From Trichosphaerium sp. ATCC 40318 (taxonomy: Eukaryota; Protista; Tubulinea), in NCBI GenBank assembly GCA_038496445.1, contig JALMLS010000044.1, positions 1 to 48,781 on the forward strand: 48,781 nucleotides of DNA. The letters run 5' to 3'. Under the pieces are notes generated by a model. The model searched no databases and was not told where the DNA came from. It saw nothing but the letters and a program-made list of their open reading frames with translations. Each line of letters begins with the position of its first letter. The first letter of the stretch is position 1. This document shows, piece after piece, positions 34,594 to 46,354 of this stretch. Made by a program: the position numbers and the translations under genes.

Positions 34594-35715
34594 TCATATC
34601 TGTACTGAATGCGCTCCAGCTAATGCCCCAATATTTAGATCATTCACTCTAGTGGACGATACATCAATGGTATGAACACCTATTAGTGCTTTGACACCTT
34701 CATTTGATATGCAGTATGCATTCGATAGATTGATTGTATGTACTCCTGCCAATGATTTGATAGCTTTATCTGTCACTTGAGTGTATGATAGATCAATTGT
34801 ATGAACGCCTGCCAATGCTTTTACACCTTCATCCTTCACTTGAGTTGCTGAGAGTTTAATTTCGTGTACACCTGCCAGTGCTTTTACACCTTCATCTGTT
34901 ACTTTGGTGAATGATAAGTTTATGGTATGAACTCCTGCCAGAGCTTTAATACTTTTATCTGTAACTACAGTATTTGAAAGATCAATTGAATGAACACCTG
35001 CTAATCCAGCGACACTTGCATCTGTTACAGAAGTCTCTGAGAGCTGAATTTCGTGAACACCTGCCAACGCTTTTACACCTTCATCTGTTACTTTGGTACG
35101 TGATAGATTTATTGTATGGATTCCAGCCAATAGTTTAACTCCTTTATCACATATTTTAGGCTTTGGTAGCTGAACACCATTGTTTATTTCCAACTTTCTA
35201 TAAATAACAGCATTTGAAAGGTCAACTGCTTTAGACCCTGCCAATAGTTTCATGCCTTTTAAACAAACAGCACATCCGCTCAGCCTTATTGTATGTAATC
35301 CGTATACCTGTTTAAGTCGTTTATCATTGACAGAAATATTGTTAAAGGCGATACCATGTGTGATGTTACCTTTTGAAAAATCCAAGTGATTTATTTCTGT
35401 TGATGAAATGTTCAGGATGTACACTTCTGAGAGGTACTTTATAAAGTCCTTTTGTTGAAAATCATCGAAGGCTATTATAATCTCACACTTCTTAATCAGG
35501 TTGGGAGCTTTCTTGAACAGTTTTTTGAGTTGTTTCCTCTTTGTTATTGTCACTTTTGGTATTTTTGTTTTGTATCCCAGGTATTGAGTTGCTATTTGTG
35601 CGAATAGCTTTGATGTATGCACTATTGAGTCAAAAACTATAAACGGAAGATGGTGTAGTATCATTACAGCGATTTCAATGGGTATTTCGTCAAAGTATGC
35701 GGTGTCTTGGTTCAT
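34594..35715 (-). CDS. Intronless F-box/LRR protein with 8 regular LRRs; close paralog of 15379-17070
   Basis: MNQDTAYFDEIPIEIAVMILHHLP F-box; same spacer domain and the same 22-aa repeat. Confidence 0.92.
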   Translation of the reverse strand: MNQDTAYFDEIPIEIAVMILHHLPFIVFDSIVHTSKLFAQIATQYLGYKTKIPKVTITKRKQLKKLFKKAPNLIKKCEIIIAFDDFQQKDFIKYLSEVYILNISSTEINHLDFSKGNITHGIAFNNISVNDKRLKQVYGLHTIRLSGCAVCLKGMKLLAGSKAVDLSNAVIYRKLEINNGVQLPKPKICDKGVKLLAGIHTINLSRTKVTDEGVKALAGVHEIQLSETSVTDASVAGLAGVHSIDLSNTVVTDKSIKALAGVHTINLSFTKVTDEGVKALAGVHEIKLSATQVKDEGVKALAGVHTIDLSYTQVTDKAIKSLAGVHTINLSNAYCISNEGVKALIGVHTIDVSSTRVNDLNIGALAGAHSVQI

Positions 35716-36348
35716 TTTGTTGTATTGATCAAAACAACAAGTTAATTAATGTTCTACGTTTAATCAAAGTGCTAACACAGGTTAAACAATCGATAATTTG
35801 TTCTTTGAGTTTTATCTCTTGTTGAACACTTGACTACTGCTGACCAATTGTAAATTTCTTGTGTTACATAGTCGATTATGTTTCAAGGTCAATATGTAGT
35901 GGCTAGAGTGCAATTTTCATAATTGCGTACCCTGTACATTGTAGCAGCGAGGAATACTTAAACCTCAACCAAGTGACGTTTACATTGCACTTTGCAGTTA
36001 TGAATTTTCTGTTTGGATAATTGCAAATCTACCGAAATTTCGGCAACAACACCGAAACCTGTTGTGAAATTTCTATTCAAATTTTGCAACTATGGCTGAC
36101 AATATGTGAGCGAAGGTAGAGTTCTTGTCCCGAGAATAGCGAAGGCCTGATCGAAAGCGAACAGAGCAAATAGCCCAGAATTTCGCCGTTTGACCTTTTG
36201 GCAAAATATCCTTTGCAGGATGGCAAATGCCATAGCCAGCGTAGAAATATTGTTTTAATGATGTAGTAACAGAATGTCTTTAATTAAGTTGACTATTGCT
36301 TTTTTATGCAATTCCTGTTTTTAGACTGTAGAGTAACTATTTAGATGC

Positions 36349-38551
36349 ATGAACTCCGTTTTATACATAGTGGTACTGGTAGTCTGCACTACGTCTATCA
36401 CCTCTGCTCAGCTTATCTCATGTGTGCCTCTTCCAGTTGATCACCCATGCGCATATGATACAGGTAACGCGTCTAGTGGTGGTTTCGCAGCTCTTCCTCG
36501 TCAATTAGAATCTATAAATGTGCTACTTGACGCATACGAACAACTATCGCACACAGTATCTCAGTCGTCCTTCTTTAACGGAGAGTAAGTAGTTTAGTAT
36601 TATATTACAAACCTTAAAATGCCCGAAATGACATAATTACAGGTGTGGTTACGCAGCGAAAGAATTAGCGTGTAAGAGTGTATTTAGAACAGTTGCAGAT
36701 TGCAATGCGCCAGGTTTACCTCAAAATCCATGTATATCTCTTTGCGAGCACGTAACAGCCGTGTGTGGTTTTATATTCGACTCCAGACCTGATTTGAAGC
36801 CCAATTGCAGCGCTACTGAAGAATTAATACCAGGTTAGTCCCATTGGTTTTCTCAGAACTTTGGAATATCTAAAACGCGTTGTTTAAGGCGTCCCGTTAC
36901 CAGCATTTACAGAACCTCCCTTTTGTAACGAAAACAACATAAGTTTCGTCAGTGAAGATTGTAAGGATCCGTTAGCCCGTGATCCTATAGCCAATAGATG
37001 CAATTTAAAATGTCCGTTAGTTGATTGTAAAGTTGAGAAACTAGTACGGAATTACCGCGTTTTACTTTTTGTTTATTGTTTTTTTTAGATATCTACTATC
37101 ATAACACCTATTGTATTCACTGTGAGTCTTTTTTCAGTACTTGTACACACATTCAGTAATACGTATTCTGGAAAGAGCATAGCTGTAACATATTTTTTGA
37201 TTGAATACTGGTACGTTAAGTTCTTACTCATAAAAACAAAAAAAGTACAAGCCTAAATCTATATTTAGGTGTGCTGTGCTAACTTCTTTCTTTGCCCTTC
37301 TTGTACCTATCATTGGTTGGGATAACGTACAATGCACCAACCACGCACGGTTAGCTGATAGTTACGAACACACACCAGCATGTATAATTCAAGGTAAAAC
37401 AACAAAAAAAAAAAAGCAATCCAGGAAAAAATTATCACGTGCTAACTTGTGAAACTTAGGAACTTTCAGTTTATTCTTCGCCTATATGACAGTATACTAT
37501 TGGTTTGCCGGTGGTGTTACAACTGCAATTACTTTAGCTTATACACGCATAGCAGTGGCTAAACCATACACAGGTTGGAAGCGGTAAGTATATTGAGTAC
37601 TTATTGCCTTGTTTATCTATGTGTAGTTGGTTACTATGTTTCGCACCTGGTATAATTCCTTTCATATTCATTTCGGTTGCAATTTACCGAGGAGAAATAA
37701 GACCTGTAATTTCAGTTTGTATTCCTGGTTGTACATGTATGTAATACCATGTACTAGCGAAATTTTGTTCAAGCAAAAAAAGTATAGTTTTCTAATCGCT
37801 TGCTAGTGAGTATACGAGATCAAACTTGGAATATTATAATAAGTTCTTTCTTATTTTCCATTCCTCTAATGGTAAATACTATTGCTGTTGGTTACATAAT
37901 TTACAAGATTACTAGAATATGTCTTGCAAATGTACGAACAAATAGTTTGCTTATGCTTTTTTTTTTTTTTTTTCTTAACATCATTTTTTACGTAACACGT
38001 GCAACACCGTCTTACCTTTCTACTAAGTCTAAAGTTACTCAACAAACAAAAAAAGAGTATGTCAGAGCAGATATGGTTATGCTACACAGTGTACTTTCAA
38101 TGTGGCTCGTAGCCCTTGGATTCTTTTCTATGGTTTCCTATTCTCTCAGAGTAGATATAAAAACTACTTTTTTAACAAATTTGATGTGTCAAACTAGTGG
38201 TGGAACTGGCTGCGGTACGATAGGTCATGTGTTGTAATTCTTTCTTTTAAACACCTCATAGGGAGCCTAGAGCTATGGCCACGATATGTTGGTATAATAG
38301 GTGTACTCGTATGGTCGTGTTGGTCGATTTTCACTGTTGGTCTTTTATTCTGTACGTCAATTATTCTTCAATGCTATTTACTAAACCGCCACTTAGTTGT
38401 GCCCCCTAAGTTTTGGAGTGACATGAGAAATAGAGCTCTATTAAACACTGCTACAGCATCTAGGAGTGGGACTGGCACTAATACAACACTAAATGATGGC
38501 ACATCTGGAGATGGATCTCATGTACACTCTGTAGGTCGTGATACAAATTAA
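36349..38551 (+). CDS. Frizzled/Smoothened-like (class F, Dictyostelium Fsl-type) GPCR
   Basis: Signal peptide; Cys-rich domain (C..AAKELACKSVF..PCISLCEHVTAVC..PNC); linker CKDPL..CNLKCPL; VQCTN..ACIIQG; 7 hydrophobic segments; Ser/Thr-rich tail. Confidence 0.82.
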
Positions 38552-38879
38552 CTAAACAATTGCGCTTATTCTAAAACTGTTTGTAAACTTGCTGTGAGTT
38601 TTGGAACCAGAATATTTAAGATATTTCTCGGTATTTCAGAAAACTATCCTTAATAAGAAACAATTGACAAAAGTCATCTTGCTAGCATGGCAACTTAGGT
38701 AGGCTTCTGTCAAGTTTGCTACTATTCTATTACAGGAGAATGACTGCCATGTAGTTACTCAATAATTTTTTATAACGTAGGCTTAACATTGTAGAACAGT
38801 ATCATTGAAAAAAAAAAGGAACATTTCATGTTTTTTTCTTCGCTTTTCAAGTGGTTTACAAACAACCCAAAACTGCTTT

Positions 38880-40484
38880 TTAGTAAATAATCTTATTTAA
38901 CTCTTTTGCATTTTCTTCTGGGATACTACTATTACTAAACATACCACTACCAAATTCAAAACCTGCCAATCCGCCTAAAGGACAATCTTTAAACAAAGCA
39001 ACATCCGAATAAAAAATCAAACAAAACTGGGACCGTACCTGGAGCAAGACGAGGAAACACATCAGCGTGCCAATGATGTACATCTTCCATAGAATATTCA
39101 TTCCCAAAATGATACTTATCAAGGTTTGTAGGTCCATTATGAATGACAAAATTATAGTCAGGATCAGACAATGTGTTATAAAGTTTACAAAAAACTTGAT
39201 GTGTAATAGATCCAAAAGAATCTATTTCTTTCTTATTACAATTCAGGAATGAATGTGATGGGTTCAAAGGAGATATCCAAATTTGATAAGGAGTAAGAGC
39301 AGCATAAGGTACAAAAGCTACAAAGTGGTCATTTTGAGCAATAATACGTGATTTATCATCAAGCTCTTTTTTAAGTACGTCCATCATAACACGTCGTTTA
39401 TGCTTCTTGTAATACATCATTGCATGATGAACACGATCACTTAGTTCATGTGGAAGTATAGGTAACCCGACTATTTGTGAATGAGGATGAAAGAGACTTG
39501 CACCAGCTTTTCTTCCCTTTTGAAAGAAACATTAGTTGATTCTTATTTTTTTCTTATTAGGGTCCTTTTTTGATCTAAACAAAACATTCAAGAGGAAGTC
39601 ATACCTGGTTTTTAAACATCAATACGGATTTAACTAAATCATCCTTGCTTATTTCTGTTCCTCGTTCATGAAAGGCATGCACGAGATAATGAACTTGATC
39701 CTTTTTTGGTGGAACCAATCTTACATTATGTTCTTGGCTTTCAATAACAACTACCAAACTATTTAGACACCAAAATGATGTATTGCAATCGAATATGTTT
39801 CAAGTTATTCTACCCGAGTCTGTAAGGTGCTCAGACTGTACAAAACCGACAAAAACTTTTGTTTCATAAAAAAAGAAATATTTAAAAAAACCCGAGGCTA
39901 TTTCTCATTACACGTGCCTTCATGATAACCCAAAGCAAGTTGTGGATTCTGTTGTATATCTTCTTGTTCTACTAAATGATTATGCGATTCATTCTGGCAG
40001 GGTGGATGGACTACGGGGTATTTATTTCGAACTACGCGCAAATTCCAGTTTGAAGCTTTATTTTTGCGTAAATTAGCGTAAAACCAACAATAAATCAATA
40101 ACACGCACCAGATTCGCCGTAATAAAGTAGATGTTCTCCAGTTTCCTTCTCGTTTCCAGGGCAAAAAGGGCACGTTGGCGTGTAGCCCTTAGGTACGCTC
40201 TTTGTCATGTTTTTCTAACGGTCTTAGAGTTAAAAATGACTATTTTGGTAATTCATTGCGTTATTCTCTCTAGTGGTATACTAGTGTACCTCTACGCGAT
40301 TAAACTGATTTGGCCTGCCAGAACGGTCTGTAGCGAAAATAACCCAGTTATTAGTCCCTGGATTATACCTGAAGAAGCTAGAACTCTTTTTGCCGTTAAC
40401 GTATGAACGTGATAGCCGTCTATGCCCATTATTTCGTTCAGCACGTATTCCACGACTAGTAGCGCCGTAGGTATACTTTGACAT
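38880..40484 (-). CDS. GALT: Galactose-1-phosphate uridylyltransferase family (GalT/ADP-glucose phosphorylase-like)
   Basis: RYNPGTNNWVIFATDRSGRP, CPFCPGNE, LRVVRNKYP, GYHEVVIE, FKN.G..AGASLFHPHSQI (HxHxQ motif), DPDYNFVIH, HWHADVFPRL, AGFEFGSG. Confidence 0.92.
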
Positions 40485-40688
40485 TTACGCTCGCAACAAA
40501 ACAATAATTTGACGTTTATGAAACTTATTTAATTCTAACAAACTCTCCACTCTATTTGGCTACTACGCCTAGCTTGTCTTCCACATTTATCCCCTCTATT
40601 GTTACAGCTGTATGATGAGAGCAACAAGCGTTGACACCTTGCGTGACAGTTTTTGGTTTTTCTTCGTTTTAACGAATTGTACGTGATG

Positions 40689-42176
40689 CTATAGTTCGCT
40701 TGGTTCATTCATGATTTGGCGTTTGATGCATTTGTAGGCTCTAAGAAGTACTTGCTCATTTTAGCCTTTTTTGATCTATTAACAAGTTAGATTTTAACAA
40801 TACAACCGCGTACGCAGTTTGCCACGCTTGTTCAGGTTTAATAGCATGTTTAAACGACGATGTAGCAATCACATTGCAAATATCATTTCTCGTGATTGTT
40901 AAGCTGCTAACTCTAAATAGAAAATCGTAAATGCGCAGGTAAACTGCATTTAGGTACTTTTGGTTTGGATGTTTAGCTTTTAGCGCTGTTTTTGCAACGA
41001 GCTCTCCGTTTTCAACCATCTCTTCAATAAACGCTTCTAGAACTTGTTGAATAACCAACAGGCTGTTCCAGAGTTAAATTGTGTCAAAACTACTTTCTAA
41101 GTTTGTTGTTACGCACCTAGGAGCACGAAATCGCGTGGTAGAACCTCTATTACTAACGTGATGCCTTACAAAGTTTTGTATTTTTTTAGTTGGTGCGTTT
41201 CTGCCCTTACTAGACATTACGTTGCGCGGAATAATATGTAGCGTTAATGTAGTATCAATTTAAACTGTTTAAACTGTACAAAAGCGGTTGACCATCGTTG
41301 AATCGGGGAATTGGTAATTTACATTTTTTTTTTCGGATTTTACAGGTTCACGGCTTGCTTTTGCCACGTTTTACTATACTTGTTTAAGTATCTTAATATT
41401 TTGTGTCATGCTCATAACGTGTGGCGGATCGCATCTTTCGATGAAGTCGGCAGAAGCCAAAGTAACATTATCGCTTAATTGAGAAAAAAGTGGTTGGAAA
41501 ATAGTCGATTTTTCAGTTTCTGGAATGACTGTGCACTCCTTAACGCAGTGCCTAGCTATAGATAAAGCAATCTAGGAATGAGTTAGACATACTACAATGC
41601 AAAAGTGTTAGTAACAGCGTACCAGGCAATCATTCTTTCGAGATTGTTTAAGTTTAGTTCCGGAGTAATAAGCTGTCTTGCACTAATCGTTATGAGTATT
41701 ATAAGCATACTTCGAGCAGTATTGACGTACTATAAGTTGTGTCTGTTGCATTAAACATACAACAAGCACAGGTCGTTGATTCTGTTTAAGGTTTTCTCCA
41801 GATTGTAACAAGCTACATATTATAGCATTCAGTGCCTTTTTCTGTTTCTCTACACCCACCGATTTATCTATATCTGTGTGAAACATTGTGCTAACAAAAT
41901 CTAGTAGAGGAATATCGTTGAACACATGAACCGGGAAAATAGTTTTTTTGCCGGGGTAATTATTTAAGGATTTTGCAGAAGCTTTCTAAAAAAACACGTG
42001 TCAGAGGAAATATGCTAATCGCCAAAATGGCGATTGAGTCTTTTTTTAGTAAGCTGCAAAAACCGAAAACTTACTTTTGCTTTCAATTTTTTTAAAACTC
42101 CTTTTTGAGCTTCTAGTATATCCTCTAGCCTCTCTATACGATCTAAATATTCTTTATCATCATTGCTCCTTGACAT
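40689..42176 (-). CDS. Uncharacterised protein with N-terminal coiled coil and C-terminal H3-like histone fold
   Basis: Spliced C-terminus KKIQNFVRHHVSNRGSTTRFRAPSLLVIQQVLEAFIEEMVENGELVA..SLTITRNDICNVI parallels H3 [44 protein letters not shown]. Confidence 0.6.
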
Positions 42177-42599
42177 TTTAACAGTCTAATAGGTATGTGA
42201 CCGGAGTAACGGTTTCTCGTTTAGGTAGTGTTAAAGCAAGTAACGAAAAGCGTTACACAAAATGACTTAACTAACTTAAGTGAAGAGAATATTGTACAGC
42301 ACACAGCTCGCTATCCTAAGGTTGCACACTGGTTTTGTCCGTACCATTAGACGCGTAGGAAATTATTTATCCGATTCTACAAACAAGAATAACTCAACAA
42401 GATACAGTAGACAAGATTTTTTAACATGAGTGTTGCAAACAAACATATTGAAAGCTTTACAATTTTTTTTTATTATTTTTTAGGATATGTTGGTTAGTAC
42501 ACAACTCAAAAGACACTATGCCTTTCGACAAAGATGTAATGCTTATCACTTACGATCCTCGCGACTATTGTACAAGGTTAATTCACAAAATAACAAGAA

Positions 42600-45500
42600 C
42601 TATAAAACATACGGAGGACTTGCTGAGCGGTCTCGGCTTGTACTTCTGCTACGTGATTTGCTCTCATCCTTATCTCGCCTATCTTTGCTCTTACTACGAC
42701 TTCTACTTCTTCGCCTACTAGAACGATCGCGATACGACCTGTCATATCTACCGTGAAAAAGAAAAATAAGTCTACTGTTCACAAAAAAAAGGTCTAAGAA
42801 AAGTATGCCACCCTACCTGTCTCTACCACCTCTTCGCCTATCACCACCACGCTCGCGGTCATAACCTCTATCTGAACGATAATCACGGCCCCTTCTTCCG
42901 CCATCACGGTACCCTCCACGACCTCTACTGCGATAACCACCGCCATAGTAGTCTCTAGAACCTTCATACCCTCCTTCGCCACCTTCCATGCCACCTTGGC
43001 CATAATAGTAACCTAGAAATTTATTAAGGGGTAAAAAACGCAAGCTACTAAAGAAAGCACATCTAACGTGGACCAAAGGTACGTTGTCATGTGAGTTCTT
43101 TAAAAAATAAATCGTACTGTAGTATTTTTTCCAATATTCTTCAATGTCTTCTTGTGAGTATTGCTGTTGTTGCTGTCTAGCTCTCTTTAACTCAGCAGGT
43201 AGACCGTCATATCCTCCTTCACGTGGGCGCTTTCTAGAGTTCTGAAAAACCCGTCAAATAACGTAACACTCAACCAAGTAAAACGACTTACATGCTTCCC
43301 GTCTCCACCTTGCTTAAATCCACCATCATTATTATACTTTTTAAAGTCCCCACCGTTTGGTGGACCATTACCATCGTGCCCAGGCTTCTTTATTAAAGAC
43401 CTTGGGAATTTATCAGAGAAGTTATCTGGAGGCGGTCCTCCTTGGTTAAAGTGTTGAGGCCTGCCACCGCCACCGCCACCATCATTATCACCCTAAAGTT
43501 AGGGTGAGTAAACGTTTGTTTAGATTGTATTGTTCGTACATAGCTTCCGCCCTCTCCAGGTCTATTGGAGTATGTATTGTTCATAGAAGGCTTGAATCCC
43601 TTAATTTGTAGATTAGAAAAAAAAGAGCCAAGCACGTGTTTCACTTACGTTAGATGTACCAATAGGAACAACAGATTCACCAGTTTCCCAATTAAATCGC
43701 TCTGTAGCTCCAAATCCGCGAGCCCATCCAACCTTCATTGGACGACCTTCAAGAAGCATATCATGGGTAGCCTATGATTTTATTAAACCAAAAAACAAAC
43801 TACAACCCAGGACCATCCAAGTGATGTCTCAAAAACAGAACAACAAAAAAATCACGTGAAGAGGAGAAAGAAAAAAAATAGACTCAGTTCAGACTCCTTT
43901 CATTTTGTACCTCTCTAGCTTTTTCAGCACCTGCTCGATCATAGAAATTACAGAAAGAAATGTGTTTGTGCGCCAAGTACTAAAATTGAGTTTATAAACA
44001 CAATACCGTACACTACAATGTTTCTTATTAAGAAACAAACAAATACAAACCTTTACAGATCTTATAGCACCGTGTTGACAAAATATAGCAAACAACATTT
44101 CTTGGCTTACAGTAGGTGCCAGATTTCCAACAAATAATGTAGTACTTAACACTAAAAAGGGAGATAATGTTAGTACAGTCTTTGTAACAATAAAAAAAAT
44201 CAATGTGGCCTACCTTTACGATATCCTGGAGCTACCTGCCAACTCCCATCACTCTCGTCTTTTGGTGGAGGTGGTAGAGAGTTCTGCTAAAGATAGTTGT
44301 AAGCACTTTTGGTCACCAAACTATTAATGTATGTGGCGTACTTGTTCTTGCTCTTGTTGATTAAATAATTGTTGTGGAGGTACAAGCATAGCTTTGTTTG
44401 ACCTATTATAATGTAAGACGTAAAGAATAAAAGCTTAGGTAACGTGGTTTTACTGTTTAACATGTCTAGCATTTAAACTTAGTACTTACGCTTGTGAAGC
44501 AATAGCTACAGCCTCTTTTGTTCTTCTCTCGGCAGCACTCTGCTGCTCTTGTCGTCTACGGTTTTCCTCTTCTTCTCGTAGTCTCTGTTGTTCTGCTATT
44601 CTACTAGCATCATCTGTTTCCTCATCATAATCGAACAGTGGGTTTGGCACCTTATTTACTGCAACAGGTTATTAGTGATCAGCGTGAGTTAAGAACTACG
44701 CTCTTATATACGAACCTTGTGGTTGTTGAATGGTCTGAATAGGTTGTGCACTTCCAGGGGGCGTTGAAGGCCGAGGAGGTGTGCGAGAACCTAAGAAATG
44801 GTAAGATATCATTCAATTGAAAGAGCAGGCTTACTGTTCAAGTTTTGGTGTCCGTTCCATCCAGCATTGTTCTGTTGGTATCCTTGTGGCGGTGGGTAGT
44901 TAGGCGGAGGTTGTTGATATTGTCTACCAAAGTCTCCTATATCCAACAATCAATACAGACCAAAGAAAGTAGAACTACAAAATAGATACTTACCTTGTTG
45001 ATTGTAACCTTGTTGATACGAGTTTGGTGCATTTCCACCCATATTATTCTGTTGGTATCCTCCTTGATTAGGTGGATAACCACCTTGATTAGGCCACTGG
45101 TTTTGTTGTATTTGCTGTGGTGGCATACCACCTCCTTGAAAATTGTTTGTTGGAGGTGCTTGTTGAGGTAACTGTACACCTGCATAACAGGTAAGCGATG
45201 CATTCTACTGAAACAATAACAACAAAAAGTAAAAAAACTGGGTTTGACTCCGCAAACCGGCTGAGTATGGGTACGAGCTCAGTTCTGCTATCCTCCCGCT
45301 TACCACGATGGAAGCTTTTCCCTGCTCTGTTTCCAGCCTGAGGCGGTTTACCTCTCATTATCAACCAGGATCTCTCCACCTCCGCGGTGAAACCCCTGTT
45401 GGTCGATGGCACGAGAGGACAGAACATCAACACCCGAGGATCCCACCTCACATCCGGTCACGTAGTCATTCCCAGTCTTTAAATGGCCTACTGCTAGTAG

Positions 45501-46354
45501 TTACAGGTATTCGCTACACACCCGCCGATAGAGAAATGCAAACATAGACTTTTTAAACACTCGCTAGCGAGAATAAAATTTGTTGTGGGTTTGATTTGTT
45601 TTACGATCATTTCTTCCTTTACGCGGTTTACAAAAGGTACAGTACCTTCTGGTGCTTGGCCTGTCTTTGCCATAATCACCAAAGCAAGTGCTTGTAATAT
45701 CTCTTGGTTGAACAAGCCTCCTTTACCCCATATACTTACAACCTTACGCACAGAACGCTAAAGTTCGCTGTTAGTACGGAAAAAATGCATAATAAAAGAA
45801 AACGATCAAAACTTATAGTACACGCGTTAAAACGCTACAAGTCCGGTATTTTTACGCGTACCCTATCCTTTTCTACACATTCCAACACCTGAGTAATTGT
45901 AGTCACGATATTCTTTGCAAATCTATCTGCATACGTTCTGTCACTTCCATACTTGTTTCTGAATACTTTACAGATAGAATCTACAAGGTACAAACCAGAC
46001 AAGCGAAATTCAGGCTGTGCCCTTGCGATGAATCGCTCGATAAGGTACACAACATCTTTGTAATTCTATACACTACAATAAAAAGCAATTCGTTTGAAAG
46101 AAAAGAACAAATTTATTTTTTCGCCCGTTACAAAAGTTACAAAGGCACAAAACGAAGTTTTTTTCTAATTTGCTAAAACGCTCTTTTCCTTCATTAATAC
46201 AAACTACAGTACACAGGTACGAAACAATACATACTTTGCGATACTTCAGAGCTAGTTTTGTAACCGAAGCTACACGACGAGCAGATACTGGCGGTTTTTT
46301 CTTAGATATTGCTGCCAATTCTTCTGTGAGTTCGTCTTCGCCATCCCATGACAT
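42600..46354 (-). CDS. CID-RRM-RS protein (SCAF4/SCAF8, Nrd1/Seb1-like Pol II CTD-binding factor)
   Basis: CID: KPPVSARRVASVTKLALKY..YLIERFI..RLSGLYLVDSIC..RFAKNI..KVVSIW. RRM: VLSTTLFVGNL..HGAIRSV..VGWARGFG. Pro/Gln/Gly-rich, RGG and RS-rich tail. Confidence 0.9.

Noticed and set aside
35990-36250. GC-richer patch with short palindromes (ccgaaatttcgg, ctatggc/gccatag) as a MITE or ncRNA
   Set aside because: No convincing TIR plus TSD pair and no known RNA motif.
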